Shown here: positions 35,335-46,748 of the stretch, piece after piece
Layout of the letters: every line of letters starts with the position of its first letter
Numbering within the stretch: position 1 is the first letter of the stretch
NCBI RefSeq assembly: GCF_001194135.2
Contig: NC_068999.1
Coordinates: 21,931,435 to 21,982,755 of the forward strand
Origin: Octopus bimaculoides
Lineage: Eukaryota
Direction: 5' to 3'
Length of the DNA: 51,321 nucleotides
Notes under the pieces: generated by a model
What the model was told of the DNA's origin: nothing
Seen by the model: only the letters and a program-made list of their open reading frames with translations
The model's database searches: none
Translations under genes and position numbers: made by a program

Positions 35335-35995
35335 AGGGATTGTACAGAACCCCAGCGATATTGCACATCTGCAGCAGGAGTTGGACTCAATTTACAGATG
35401 GGCTGAGGATAATAATATGCAGTTTAATGCTGAAAAATTCCAAGCCCTGCACTACCAGCGTCCAAAACTGAATATGAAACTTACAGGGTACATTGGTCCA
35501 CAGGGAATTACAATTCCAGAGCCTAAATCAGTGAGGGACCTGGGTATCGACATGAGTCATGATACCTCTTTCCAAGCGCACATCACCAGGATCACAACAA
35601 AGTGCAGACGACTGGCTGGATGGATCCTACGAACATTCAGAACCAGAGATAAGAAAACCATGATGGTTCTCTGGAGGACATTCGTCCTCAGCCACCTGGA
35701 TTACTGCTCACAGCTATGGTCACCCACCAGTGTGAAATTAACAGCGGATCTTGAAGCAATGCAGAGAAAATTCACAAAGATCGTCTCTTTGCAACTACTC
35801 AGCTACTGGGAAAGGCTGAAACAGCTAAGACTCTACTCCCTGGAGAGAAGACGGGAGAGGTATGCAGTAATATACATCTGGAAGATGCTGGAAGGAATTG
35901 TGCCAAATTTTGGCATTGAAAGCTACACCAATGCCAGAACGGGAAGACACTGCATAGTGCCAAAGATCCCAGCAATGCCATTGCACTTCAGGACC
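35335..35995 (+). mobile_element. CR1-clade LINE, C-terminal RT region (largely open)
   Basis: WAEDNNMQFNAEKFQ...RDLGI...LDYCSQLWSP...LYSLERRRERY in ORF 35381-36151. Confidence 0.88.
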
Positions 35996-36185
35996 ACAGC
36001 CTTCCAAATCATGAGGATGGGGGCATCTTTGTATGAAAAAGCCTTAACTCTTTATTTTTTAGACCCCCCCACTCATCATCCCACTCCAGACCTATTTTGG
36101 CCAATTTTTTTTGCATTTCAAAACAATGGGAAAAGGCATTTCAGTAATTAAAAATTTTAAAAATTAAAAATTTTAAAAATTAAAA

Positions 36186-37060
36186 NNNNNNNNNNNNNNN
36201 NNNNNNNNNNNNNNNNNNNNNNNNNNNNNNNNNNNNNNNNNNNNNNNNNNNNNNNNNNNNNNNNNNNNNNNNNNNNNNNNNNNNNNNNNNNNNNNNNNNN
36301 NNNNNNNNNNNNNNNNNNNNNNNNNNNNNNNNNNNNNNNNNNNNNNNNNNNNNNNNNNNNNNNNNNNNNNNNNNNNNNNNNNNNNNNNNNNNNNNNNNNN
36401 NNNNNNNNNNNNNNNNNNNNNNNNNNNNNNNNNNNNNNNNNNNNNNNNNNNNNNNNNNNNNNNNNNNNNNNNNNNNNNNNNNNNNNNNNNNNNNNNNNNN
36501 NNNNNNNNNNNNNNNNNNNNNNNNNNNNNNNNNNNNNNNNNNNNNNNNNNNNNNNNNNNNNNNNNNNNNNNNNNNNNNNNNNNNNNNNNNNNNNNNNNNN
36601 NNNNNNNNNNNNNNNNNNNNNNNNNNNNNNNNNNNNNNNNNNNNNNNNNNNNNNNNNNNNNNNNNNNNNNNNNNNNNNNNNNNNNNNNNNNNNNNNNNNN
36701 NNNNNNNNNNNNNNNNNNNNNNNNNNNNNNNNNNNNNNNNNNNNNNNNNNNNNNNNNNNNNNNNNNNNNNNNNNNNNNNNNNNNNNNNNNNNNNNNNNNN
36801 NNNNNNNNNNNNNNNNNNNNNNNNNNNNNNNNNNNNNNNNNNNNNNNNNNNNNNNNNNNNNNNNNNNNNNNNNNNNNNNNNNNNNNNNNNNNNNNNNNNN
36901 NNNNNNNNNNNNNNNNNNNNNNNNNNNNNNNNNNNNNNNNNNNNNNNNNNNNNNNNNNNNNNNNNNNNNNNNNNNNNNNNNNNNNNNNNNNNNNNNNNNN
37001 NNNNNNNNNNNNNNNNNNNNNNNNNNNNNNNNNNNNNNNNNNNNNNNNNNNNNNNNNNNN
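36186..37060. other. Assembly gap
   Basis: N run. Confidence 1.
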
Positions 37061-38090
37061 AAAAGCCTCTTCCCACAGTTTTTAAGTTAAAAAGAAAATG
37101 GTCAAAATCGGTCTGGATAGTTATTTTAAGGCTTATAGCATTCCAAATAGCCATAACAACAAAATCACTTTTAGATTTATTTTACAAAAATTATATGGGT
37201 ATTTTTTAAAAATTTTCATTCATAGATAATGTTTTTACATTATATATACATTAATAGATTAAACTGTCTGTTTTCCAAATAGCAAATTAAAACTTGAAAA
37301 CATTGAAAGAGAAAGTGAGAGACTTTGCAAATGAAAATGGTATACTCTGCAGTGAACGTAATGAATATTTAAATTTGCGAGAAATTGGAGTTGAAAAATT
37401 CAATAAACTTGAGAAATCGAAATTATAGGAAATTTCTTAGAACATGAATTTATAATAATATTTCCAAATGTTCAACCCTTTATAAATTGCTTTCTTTTAG
37501 TACTTTTAGTAACTGTTACATCCCTAATTAATAAGTAGCTTTCTCCATTATTGTATAGATATAGGTATTGTTATATATGTGTGTGTGTTTTAGATGTGCA
37601 ATATTTTGAAATCAAAAATGTTTAATATTTAATTTCATGTATTTTAAAATTTATGTGTATGAGTGAGATTGTTGAAGTAAACATAATTCTTGATAAAAAT
37701 TTGCACAGTGATTTGAGAACAAAACCTTTACTACATTTCACCTGCACTTAATGTCTCTGATTGCCACTCACTACCACTTCATTTGTTGTTTAATCTCCTT
37801 CTACCAGCATGACTGATGAGGCACATATTGCATTTCATTATTTGCAAGATGAATTCTAAATTAGCTCAGTCAGAAATTTGTAAGGAAGAAGTATTGTTGA
37901 TTGAATTAACCCCAGTACTTAGCTGGTACTGATACTTATTTATTGAACCTCAATAATTAAAAAGTTAATAAAATGTTCCCCACCCACACTAAGGGAGATC
38001 TGAACTCTCAACATAAAGCTATGCAAACTGTATGATTTATGACATTAATCTCTAATCTGCTATCCACTTACCTCCTAAAATATATATTAA

Positions 38091-38301
38091 CCCTTTAAAA
38101 TTTAGATTACTCCGTCAAATGTAATATTTATTTACGTTGCTTTAATTAATCATGCATTATTTTGTAGTTTTGAGATTTCGATTGTGTGACTGTTTATTTT
38201 TAGAATGACATTGTAGGGAAGGTGTGAGAAGCTGGGTCTTGCCAGTTAGAACGTAAAACAGCTGGAATATTGTGGTCAGACACTGCTGGTTTAAATGCTA
38301 A
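38091..38301 (-). mobile_element. piggyBac-like MITE copy
   Basis: TTAA-CCCTTT left end; body similar to 31991-32210; right end decayed. Confidence 0.7.
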
Positions 38302-38519
38302 CAATGAATCGAATAAAAGTAATAATAGCAATGGTAATAATGATGGTAGCAGCAGCAACTGCTGCTTCTATGGGTGCAAGGCCAGCATCTTTAAAGGAAA
38401 GAGTTGATGCTATTGACCAAAGTAGTTGACTGCTACTTTACTTTTTTAACCCTGAAAGGATGAAAGCAAAGTTGACCTCAGCAGTATTTGAAATAAGGTG
38501 AAGAGCTGGATCAAATAAT

Positions 38520-38735
38520 CTTTTCTACTCGAAGCACAAGGCCTCAAATTTTGGGGAAGGGATTAAGTCAATTACATCAACCCCAGTGTGCAAGTGGTAC
38601 TTATTTAATCGACCCCGAAAGAATGAAAGGCAAAGTCGACCTTGGCTGAATTTGAACTCGAAATGTAAAGACAGATGAAATACCACTAAGCACTCTGCCC
38701 AGCGTGCTAATGATTCTGCTAGCTTGCTGCTTTGT
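38520..38735 (-). mobile_element. SINE group B (best copy of a local cluster spanning 37880-40260)
   Basis: gcacaaggcctcaaatttt...aaagtcgaccttggctgaatttgaactc...ctagcttgctgc. Confidence 0.85.
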
Positions 38736-39529
38736 GTTGGATCAAATAATGCAAAACATTTTTTTGTTATGCTCTAATGATTCCACTAGCTAACTACCTT
38801 AACAGTAATAATAATTTCTTAAGTAAGAATGATTAACGATGAGGTACCTTTGTTGACTTGACCCCAATAGATGACCACTTATTTCATTCACTCTGGAGAG
38901 ATGGGAAGCAAAGTCGATTTGAATTTAAAATGCAATGGGATGAAATTAAATATTGTTAGGCATTCAGCTTGATACTATGTTATTTTTATTACTCTGTAAT
39001 CCAAAAGATAGTCTTATAAAGACAACACATTCTTTGAAAAAGGCTGTTGATAAAATAGTACAGAGAAGCTATTACTGTCCCTAATTTAGGGTCACAATAA
39101 TTACATGTGAATATGTGCATGTTAAACATTTTACAAAAATAATCATTTTTAATCCTATTTATGCAAGGTTGGCTTGCTTTATTGATGTGAACAAACTTTT
39201 TCCGTTTAACCTATCACCATTAGCTAGGTCCTGGAGGAGTAGTTTTCCCACTACAAACGGGTCTACGGTAGGTGCCTAAATTTGAACTCAGTGAACCAGA
39301 GGAAGTACTATAAGGCATTGTATTCCAATCTTAAAGAAAACAATAATAGTTTCTGGTTTAGGCTGAAGGCCAGCATTTTTGTATTGAAGGGTTTAGCTGA
39401 TACCGTTGATCTTGTGCTTAACTGCTACTTTTATTTTATAAACCTCAGAGGGATGAAAGGGAAAGCTTAGCTTGACAGGATTTGAATAGAGAGCATAAAG
39501 TGCTGAAAGCAATACCACAAGGCATGACT

Positions 39530-40072
39530 GTAGGTAAAAGTACATTGGGATGTTAACCAAGTGTCTGGATTCAAAGTAGCAGAAAAGTGCTATGAACACA
39601 AGCCAGATGTTGTGATTAGAGAATAAGAATTAAGGATTTAATGGAATTTCTCCATGAAGATTGACCATACTATTAAAGCAAGAAGACCAAATATGGTTTT
39701 AGAGGATAAAAGAAACAGTAAATCCTAGACTTTGCACTACCATGTGATAATAGAGTGGTTATGAAGAGAATTGAAAAATCTGAGAATTTTCAGGACTTAG
39801 CCAGAGCAATGAAGAAATTGTGGAAGACTAAGATAATTATTATTTCTGTGGTAATTAGTGCACTTGGCAAAACACCTGAACTGCTACCTAAGAGCCTGAA
39901 AGATTTTGGTATGAACACTCATTGTTGACTTACTGAAAAGTGCAATTCTATATTCTGCAAGAAACCTAAGAAATATTCTTGAGATTTGAGGAAACTTGTT
40001 ACCAAACCTCAAGATAACATCCCTGCTAACTAATACAGAATGTATTAGTTAATAACAATAGTAATAATGTTT
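39530..40072 (+). mobile_element. R4/Dong-like non-LTR retrotransposon 3' end (restriction-like endonuclease), degenerate
   Basis: VHWDV...YEHKPDVV...ARRPNMV...DFALPCD...KSENFQDLA...LWK...VVISALG, followed by a TAA-rich tail. Confidence 0.8.
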
Positions 40073-40260
40073 CTAATTTAGGTACAAGGTCAGCAGTTTT
40101 GAGGGCAGAGGGTTGGTCAATATCACTGACCCCAGCACTTAACTGGTATTTTATTTATTGACCACAAAAGGATGAAAGGCAAAGTTGTTCTTGACAGGAT
40201 TTGAACTTGGAACTTATAGATCTGGAGCAAATACTACAAGACATTTTTGTTGAATGCTCT
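40073..40260 (-). mobile_element. SINE group B, tail-to-tail with the Dong-like fragment
   Basis: tttctaatttaggtacaaggtcagcag...ggatgaaaggcaaagttg. Confidence 0.75.
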
Positions 40261-41015
40261 AACAAGTTTGCCAGCTTATAGCCTTAATAATAACAATTTT
40301 TAATTTTAGCACAAAACTACACAATTCTAGAGCAGGATATAGTAAATTCAAATCAACCTCAGAATAAAGACAATTTTGACAAAATTTAAATTTTGAAAGA
40401 AAAGAAATGTAACTAAATATCCACAAGCATTTTGACTTGAAAGGCAGGTTGTATGGTGCTTGTGTACTAAGTGTAATATTGCATGGTAGCAAAACACAAG
40501 TATTGAATGTGGAGGATGATTGAAAGCTGGAAAAGAATGAGGTGAGCATGTTCCATTGGATGTGTACTGTTAGTGTAAATGACTGATAGAGCACAAACGA
40601 GTCAATAGAAAAACTGAGTATAAGATAAAATGGCCATAGTTTGTCAGAGAGGAGACTGCATTGATATCTACATGTGATGCATATGGAAGATGACAGCTGG
40701 ATAAAGAACTTGCAGAAAGGATAAAGAAAGAAGAATTTTATGAAGGAAACAAGGGACTGAAAATAGTGGTGAGTAGCTGCATTAGAGAAGACCTGTCCAA
40801 ACCATTCAAGCAGGGGAAACATTATAAAATGGTAATAATTCTAGAAGTTACACAGAGAATTTTTTTAAAAAAGCATTATCACACAATACACTTATATTAC
40901 ATAAATATAAGGAAGACAAACTGTGTTACAAATACCCAAAGTACATAGAACTTTACTGGTGTGTGTATAAAGAGCACATTACCGACTGATAATAATAGTA
41001 TTTGTAATTACTTAC

Positions 41016-41358
41016 CATTTGGGCAAATTGGACAGCATTCATCTTCAACATCTTTGAAATCAACACAGTTAAGTTTAGGGCAAACAGTTTCATTACAATT
41101 CAGTCTACCATCTGCATTACATGTACATTGCTTGCACGGTTTCTTATTCACCGTTCTTCCAATTGGTATAAAACCATCTTCTGTTTCACATCCTTGAACA
41201 TCTTCATCACCCTCATCTACAGGTGCTATTGTTGGTTCCAGACTCAGCTGACTTTCAATTACATTTTCATCCACTGTAGGTTCTGGTGGCATCCCTTTTA
41301 TAGGGGATATTCCCCAGGTGCAGTAGAGCAGAACAAAAAGTATTACTGAATACTTCAT
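41016..41358 (-). CDS. First coding exon of a secreted VWC-domain protein (brorin/VWC2-like): signal peptide, acidic linker, 10-Cys VWC domain
   Basis: MKYSVILFVLLYCTWG hydrophobic N-terminus; C...CKQCTC...C...C...C...CCPIC VWC pattern; aatg|gtaagt donor, phase 1. Confidence 0.88.
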
Positions 41359-41511
41359 GATACTAAAAGAAAAGTATTGTTAGAAAAATTGCTTGAATGT
41401 AACTATGTAGGTATATGTATATATTTGTGCAAAAGTAAAATGTTGATGGCTTTCTTCCTTCACTTTCTATCTTCTTCTATAGAATGACAATTAATAGTGC
41501 GCTGTTAGCTC

Positions 41512-41519
41512 TTTATATA
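41512..41519 (-). promoter_or_regulatory. Candidate TATA box (TATATAAA) of the VWC gene
   Basis: CTATATAAAGAG on the minus strand about 155 nt upstream of the ATG. An acceptor-like ttttcttttag lies 4 nt before the ATG, so a short 5'UTR intron is possible. Confidence 0.35.
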
Positions 41520-42027
41520 GATTTATTTTTCTGTTGTTGATTTGATAACCTTTTTGCATTGTTCAAATTAAAATGGATAGGCTGGGCTCTAGTTACCTTA
41601 TTTTAGACTGAAACAGGTGTCTAAATTGATTTTACACAGTTGGCATTTGTAAAGGAAGTTATTTTGTTTGTTAAGGATTTGAAACTTTTCCAATGTCATT
41701 TTTTTTTTCTCTTATTTTATTTAAAATGATATGTCCATATCAAATGGCAGCCTATTTTATTTCTTTTTCCAAGATAATTTTACCACAGAATTATACCTTT
41801 TATCTTTTACTTGTTTCAGTCATTAGCCTGCGGCCATGTTGGAGGACCACCTTGAAGAATTTTTAGTCAAATGTTGTTTTTTTTTCCCCCAATTTCATAG
41901 TGGTCAGTGTTAATTTGGTTGGGAACAGACTTAAACATTAGTAACTTAATTCCTTCAGAGGAATGCAAACAGAAATCAGCTCTCTATTACCATCTAGGTT
42001 TAGCATTAGTGCTTTGAGCAACCTTAA

Positions 42028-42246
42028 CCCTTTCGTTACCGTATTTTTTCTGAGATGTTCTGTGTTTCTTTCAATTAATTTTAAATATAACAAAGAATTT
42101 AGTAAAATGACTTCGTTGTCATTAAGCTAGTGTTAGGAACATAAATTGAGACTAAGGTTTGGTAGATTTTGATTCGTAATTTTTGAAAACAAAACATTTG
42201 TACCACAGAGCCAGAGCCGGTTTCAGCCGGGTTGGTCATGAAAGGG
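42028..42246. mobile_element. Second piggyBac-like MITE family (219 bp)
   Basis: TTAA-CCCTTTCGTTACC ... GGTCATGAAAGGG-TAAA; a decayed inverted relative lies at about 43530-43730. Confidence 0.75.
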
Positions 42247-42249
42247 TAA

Positions 42250-42660
42250 AACAGATTCTTTAGCCAAATCCAGACAAATAAAAGTTCTCTCTGATCCACT
42301 ATCCAGTAGAGCGTGTGTCGTGTGATTGTTTACCTTAACTTTAATGAGTTTTGTTCATTCCTTGGAAAGAAAAATTGAAGCACAATTATTGTTAGTTGAA
42401 TTATTTCTGGGATCTGCGTTACCTTCTGTTCTAATTATGGCGATTTTCTGTTTGAAAGAAGTTGTTTTCTTTGTCATGCAAACGGTTCCCCGCTGTCCTT
42501 TTCAGGGGCAGTTATTACAGGTAGAGTTTCTGGCTGGACATGTTGATTTTAGATGAATAGGTCCATCATACCAATTGCAGGATCATTTTCCTGAAGCTGC
42601 CAGAACTGGAGGGCATGAAGGATTCATTCTTGACAAGTTCTTCACATTCTTGTTGGCCAA
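42250..42660 (-). pseudogene. Ty3/Gypsy-like gag zinc knuckles plus aspartic protease relic
   Basis: One reading frame gives CNWYDGPIHLKSTCPARNSTCNNCP*KGQRGTVC (42478-42540 region) and VNNHTTHALLDSGSERTFI (DSG at 42295-42303), with in-frame stops. Confidence 0.72.
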
Positions 42661-42664
42661 TTTC

Positions 42665-42848
42665 ATTCATCATCATCATCATCATCATCATCGTTTAACG
42701 TCTGCTTTCTATGCTAGCATGGGTTGGACGATTTGACTGAGGACTGGTGAAACCAGATGGCTACACCAGGCTCCAATCTGATTTGGTAGAGTTTCTACAG
42801 CTGGATGCTCTTCCTAACGCCAACCACTCAGAGAGTGTAGTGGGTGCT
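42665..42848 (-). mobile_element. RTE tail fragment with (ATC)n
   Basis: Near-identical to the tail at 34590-34750. Confidence 0.8.
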
Positions 42849-43868
42849 TAAAGCAATTTTTACCAATAATTCTAGGTTGTCTTTGGTAGACTCAAGTAAC
42901 CATTGACGAATGGTTAATGAATTTATTCTTGAGGCAAAAGCATTATGAATTAAATAAGTCAGTGTTGTTCTGTAGACATTAATTAATTTCTACAGGGGAA
43001 AAAATAATTATCTATTTTCTTTTATTAGAAAAAGCGTTTAGTAATTTTAATTATTCTTTTTTTAAACTGTGCAATATGGTACATTACCATCTCCCTTGGT
43101 TTCTTTGGATTGCTTTTGTTATAGCATTCTACATGAGAAGCAGTTACTAATCTCTGAGTTCAGCTCTCCACTATTTTTAGGAGGAGCAGGACAATGTGAG
43201 TGGTCATCCATGACCCTCTCACAATGCAGTATAGCCAATTCTGAGAGAGATAAGAGCCTAGTACTTGACTTATCCTTTATTTTATCAATCCTGGAAAATT
43301 GGAAAGCAAAGTTGATTTAGGTAGGATTTGAACTCTCAATGCAAAAAGCCATTCATCTGAAACTAATGAATCTGCCAATCATTTGCCTAAGTTTAATAAT
43401 ATCCATTTCTCTTTTGATTATTCTCTTTTAGAATTAACATAATCAGTTATATATTTTATCTAGATTGGTTGGATCATTAACTTATTGAGATTTTCTGGGA
43501 AATAAGCTTCAAATTCTTTAATAGATCTGTTCTCCTTTTGATACCAACTTGCCTGAATCTGCTCATGTTTCTATGATATAAATCTTTAATTTAAATGATC
43601 TAGATTAAAATCTTCCTTCAAAATTTCATGTTAATTCATGTTCCAGCTTAATAACGACAAAGTTATTTTGCTAAGTTTTCCATTATTTTCAAAATTAAAA
43701 CAGGAACAAAAACAGTGTATTTCTTTTGAATTATTGTTTATATTTTGCTTATACCAGTTCATTGACCATCAAGTACTCTAAAATATTGATCCACAGCAAA
43801 ATATATTGTTATATTATGGTCAGTAGTTTTAGAATTATAAACTACATTTTTTAATAATTTCATTAAAG

Positions 43869-43962
43869 GTTTCAACTATAAAAAGCAAGAGGAAGCGCTC
43901 ATTAAACAGAAATGAAACTTTGAAAAACAATTCAGTTCTGACACAGCCAAAACCAAAATACA
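43869..43962 (+). CDS. Exon 3 of the SIM/C2H2 gene (VSTIKSKRKRSLNRNETLKNNSVLTQPKPKY-S)
   Basis: cattaaag acceptor and a|gtacgt donor; 94 nt, phase 0-1, which matches the phase-1 start of the 46749 exon. NLS-like KSKRKR; repeats the KNNSV motif of exon 2. Confidence 0.6.
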
Positions 43963-44114
43963 GTACGTACCTTTATTTTTTCATACTATGCAGCTATTTA
44001 TATTTCTTCTGTCCTTGGATTAACATAACTTGCAATTCTAATTTAAGTTTTCGCTGTATTTGAGCCTCTTTAATGCAATTGCTAATAAACTCATTATCTT
44101 TCTCTCTGTTTATT

Positions 44115-44270
44115 GCATGGCTGTATGGTTAAGTTTGTTTTGCAACAACATGATATTGGGTCCCATCCTTCTATGTATCCCTTTGGACAAGGGCTTTCTA
44201 CTATAGCCTCAGTCTTGTGAATGAAATTGTATAGAAGCCTGTTGTGTGTGTGTGTGTGTGTGTGTTTTTC
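44115..44270 (+). mobile_element. SINE group A head ending in (GT)n
   Basis: gcatggctgtatggttaag...ctactatagcctc...gaagcctgttgtgtgtg. Confidence 0.65.
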
Positions 44271-45399
44271 TGTCTTTCTTCAGTTACATGTGAAGACTAA
44301 TAGACTAGAAATCCTTCATTTGAGAAAGCAGAGTTGGTAATAATTTCATGCATTAGCTTATTGCCAAACTCCTGTAGAGCAGAACATGAGTAATGGTAGG
44401 AAAAGCAAAGAATTAGTATAGTATATCAGTGTGCAAGATGTTGGAAGGTGCTAGTAGGAGATGATTTTCTCATTGTCATCATTATCATCATATACTTTAT
44501 TTTTCATGTTGGTATGTGTTGGACAGGTTGTTATAGTCTGGATTAGTTCTTATTTGGAGTTTACTGCATTCCGAAACAAATTGGTGATCATATCTCACTC
44601 GTATATTTTATTTATTGGCATAGTTTCTATGGCTGATTGCTCATCCTAACCCAAAGTATACTGGGTGTATTTTATTGAGACTCCAGCAATAGAAAAGTTG
44701 TCTTGTCCCTGATAAGGCTAGCGTCCTCTCTGCCTCATCTCTTTCAAGGCAACTTGACGAGAAGGTGAAAAGAAGAGAGAATGGTGGAAGAGAATGAGTG
44801 AGTGTGTGATAAAAAAGAGAAAATGATGAAAGAAAGTGATAGGATGAGGGAGGAGTAATGGGAGAAAGACAGTGACAGGCAGTTACATTTTGGTTGTTGG
44901 TAAGGAGACTGAGTAGGAGACAGCATGAACAATGTGATGAGAAACAGTGATGGAAAGGAGAGGGTAATGGAAGTGAGAGAGTGATGGTGGAGTGAGTTGT
45001 GTGAAAGAGAGGGAGAGAGAATGATGGGTAGCATAAAGATGGGTGATGGTAAGAGAGTGTTGAATGTCAAATAATAGGGGAGATATTAAAGGAAGAGAGG
45101 CAAAAGGTGAGTAGTGGCTAGCAATAAAGAGGGCTGATCGGAGAGGCATCTCATTACTGAGATGGCATGATGTGAAAGAGATAGTGATAGAAAAAGTAAT
45201 TGATAGAATGTAATAAAGAGAGATGGAGATTGGTAAAGGAGACTTAACATGAACATGATAGGTGGATGAGATCCAAATGTAGTCACTATACTTCTCAATT
45301 TCCATCACCACCACCATCCATTTTGCTATACATGCATGGGTTGGGTAGATATTTTCCATGTAATATTTTGTCATATCTCTTGTGAGCCTCTTGAAATCA

Positions 45400-46170
45400 A
45401 TCTTCACTTCAACTCATGTCTTCCCAGCTCTCTTATATCCAGTTTCTCTCTCAGTTAATTTGTGCTATTGCCTGTGCTTTCAGTGTAGTACGCTTACCTT
45501 ATTTCTTTCTCATGCAGCACCACGCTACAAATACAAATATCATACTGCTCCGAGAGAGAAATGTTTGTTGCGAGTAGAGATAATAGCTCCCTCAACTTTT
45601 TTCGTTTCATTCTTAGTCATCTGTGTTTTCAGAACATTCACCTCCATTGCTAATTGGGTCACCTAGGTTACAAAAACTATCAATTTTCCGAGAAAGAGCT
45701 CCTTGAGTATTGAAAGGAATCTATTCATATGCATTTTTATTCCCAGCTGCTCCTGAACATCCCACAATTACTAAGTCTACCATCAGCTTACTTGTAATCT
45801 TACCACACCTCTTGTGCATTCATAGTTTACATTGAGTATACCATATGGAAATTTCTTCCTGCTTATTTTCTACATGTTAAGCATAACCACTTCTTGACAG
45901 TTGTAAGGGACCTATCTTTCTTACTAAAACTTTAATCTTTACTAAGTTTATTTTCAGACTTCTCAATTCTAGGTTTTGTTTCCATGTCTGAAATTTCTTT
46001 TCTAAACATTCTAAAGATTCAGCAACAAGAACTAGATCATCGGCATTCAAGAGTTCTCACAGACTGCTGGTCTTAAACATTTCTCTGTTATTGGCCTGGA
46101 CACCTACTTGTACACTCGACTCTCTGCCAACTCTCGACTTGGTATGACACTCCTCTACATGGCCTGCACT
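45400..46170 (-). mobile_element. Degenerate RTE LINE RT fragment
   Basis: LLNADDLVLVAES (YADD box) and KLRELLSLLAT. Confidence 0.72.
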
Positions 46171-46748
46171 GCTTTGAAGCCATTTATCTATTAGTTTTGT
46201 TAGTGACGGCCAGAATACAGAGAGTGAAACCCTGTTAAATTTTTTCTCAAGAAATAGTGCATTGGTGGTACTTCAGCCTGACGTAAACCTGAACTCTATT
46301 TCATCTAAACTAATTTTCTTCCTCAACAAATGTGATATATAAACATACATATATATATTAGTTTTTTTAAATTTTAGATGTACTCTTTATTAGTTTTACA
46401 GAGCAGTACATTCCTTATTTAAGATTAATATTTTCCTTACATCTCTATAAATATAAAAAAAGCTATTAAAAAATGTTGATAATTATCTCATAACTCACAA
46501 ACCCTTGACTCATTAGTTGCATTTATGGTGTCATGTAGTGTACAGGAGAGGACTATGATGGTATAAACATGTGGTATTTTTAACCTTTTCAGGCCTTTCC
46601 AAGGCAATTAATGTTCTGGATAAATTTAAATAGGTACATTTGTATTATTAGATAGATGTTATTTAATGGTTTTAATTGGGAACCAGGAATTCTGTTCAGA
46701 TTAATATTTATTTTATTTTTGTCATAAACAAAATTGTTTCATTTTCAG

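Noticed and set aside
44750-45300. GA-rich tract as a coding or triplex element
   Set aside because: Low-complexity sequence adjacent to an RTE fragment; probably decayed repeat or UTR, and the minus-strand ORFs are compositional.
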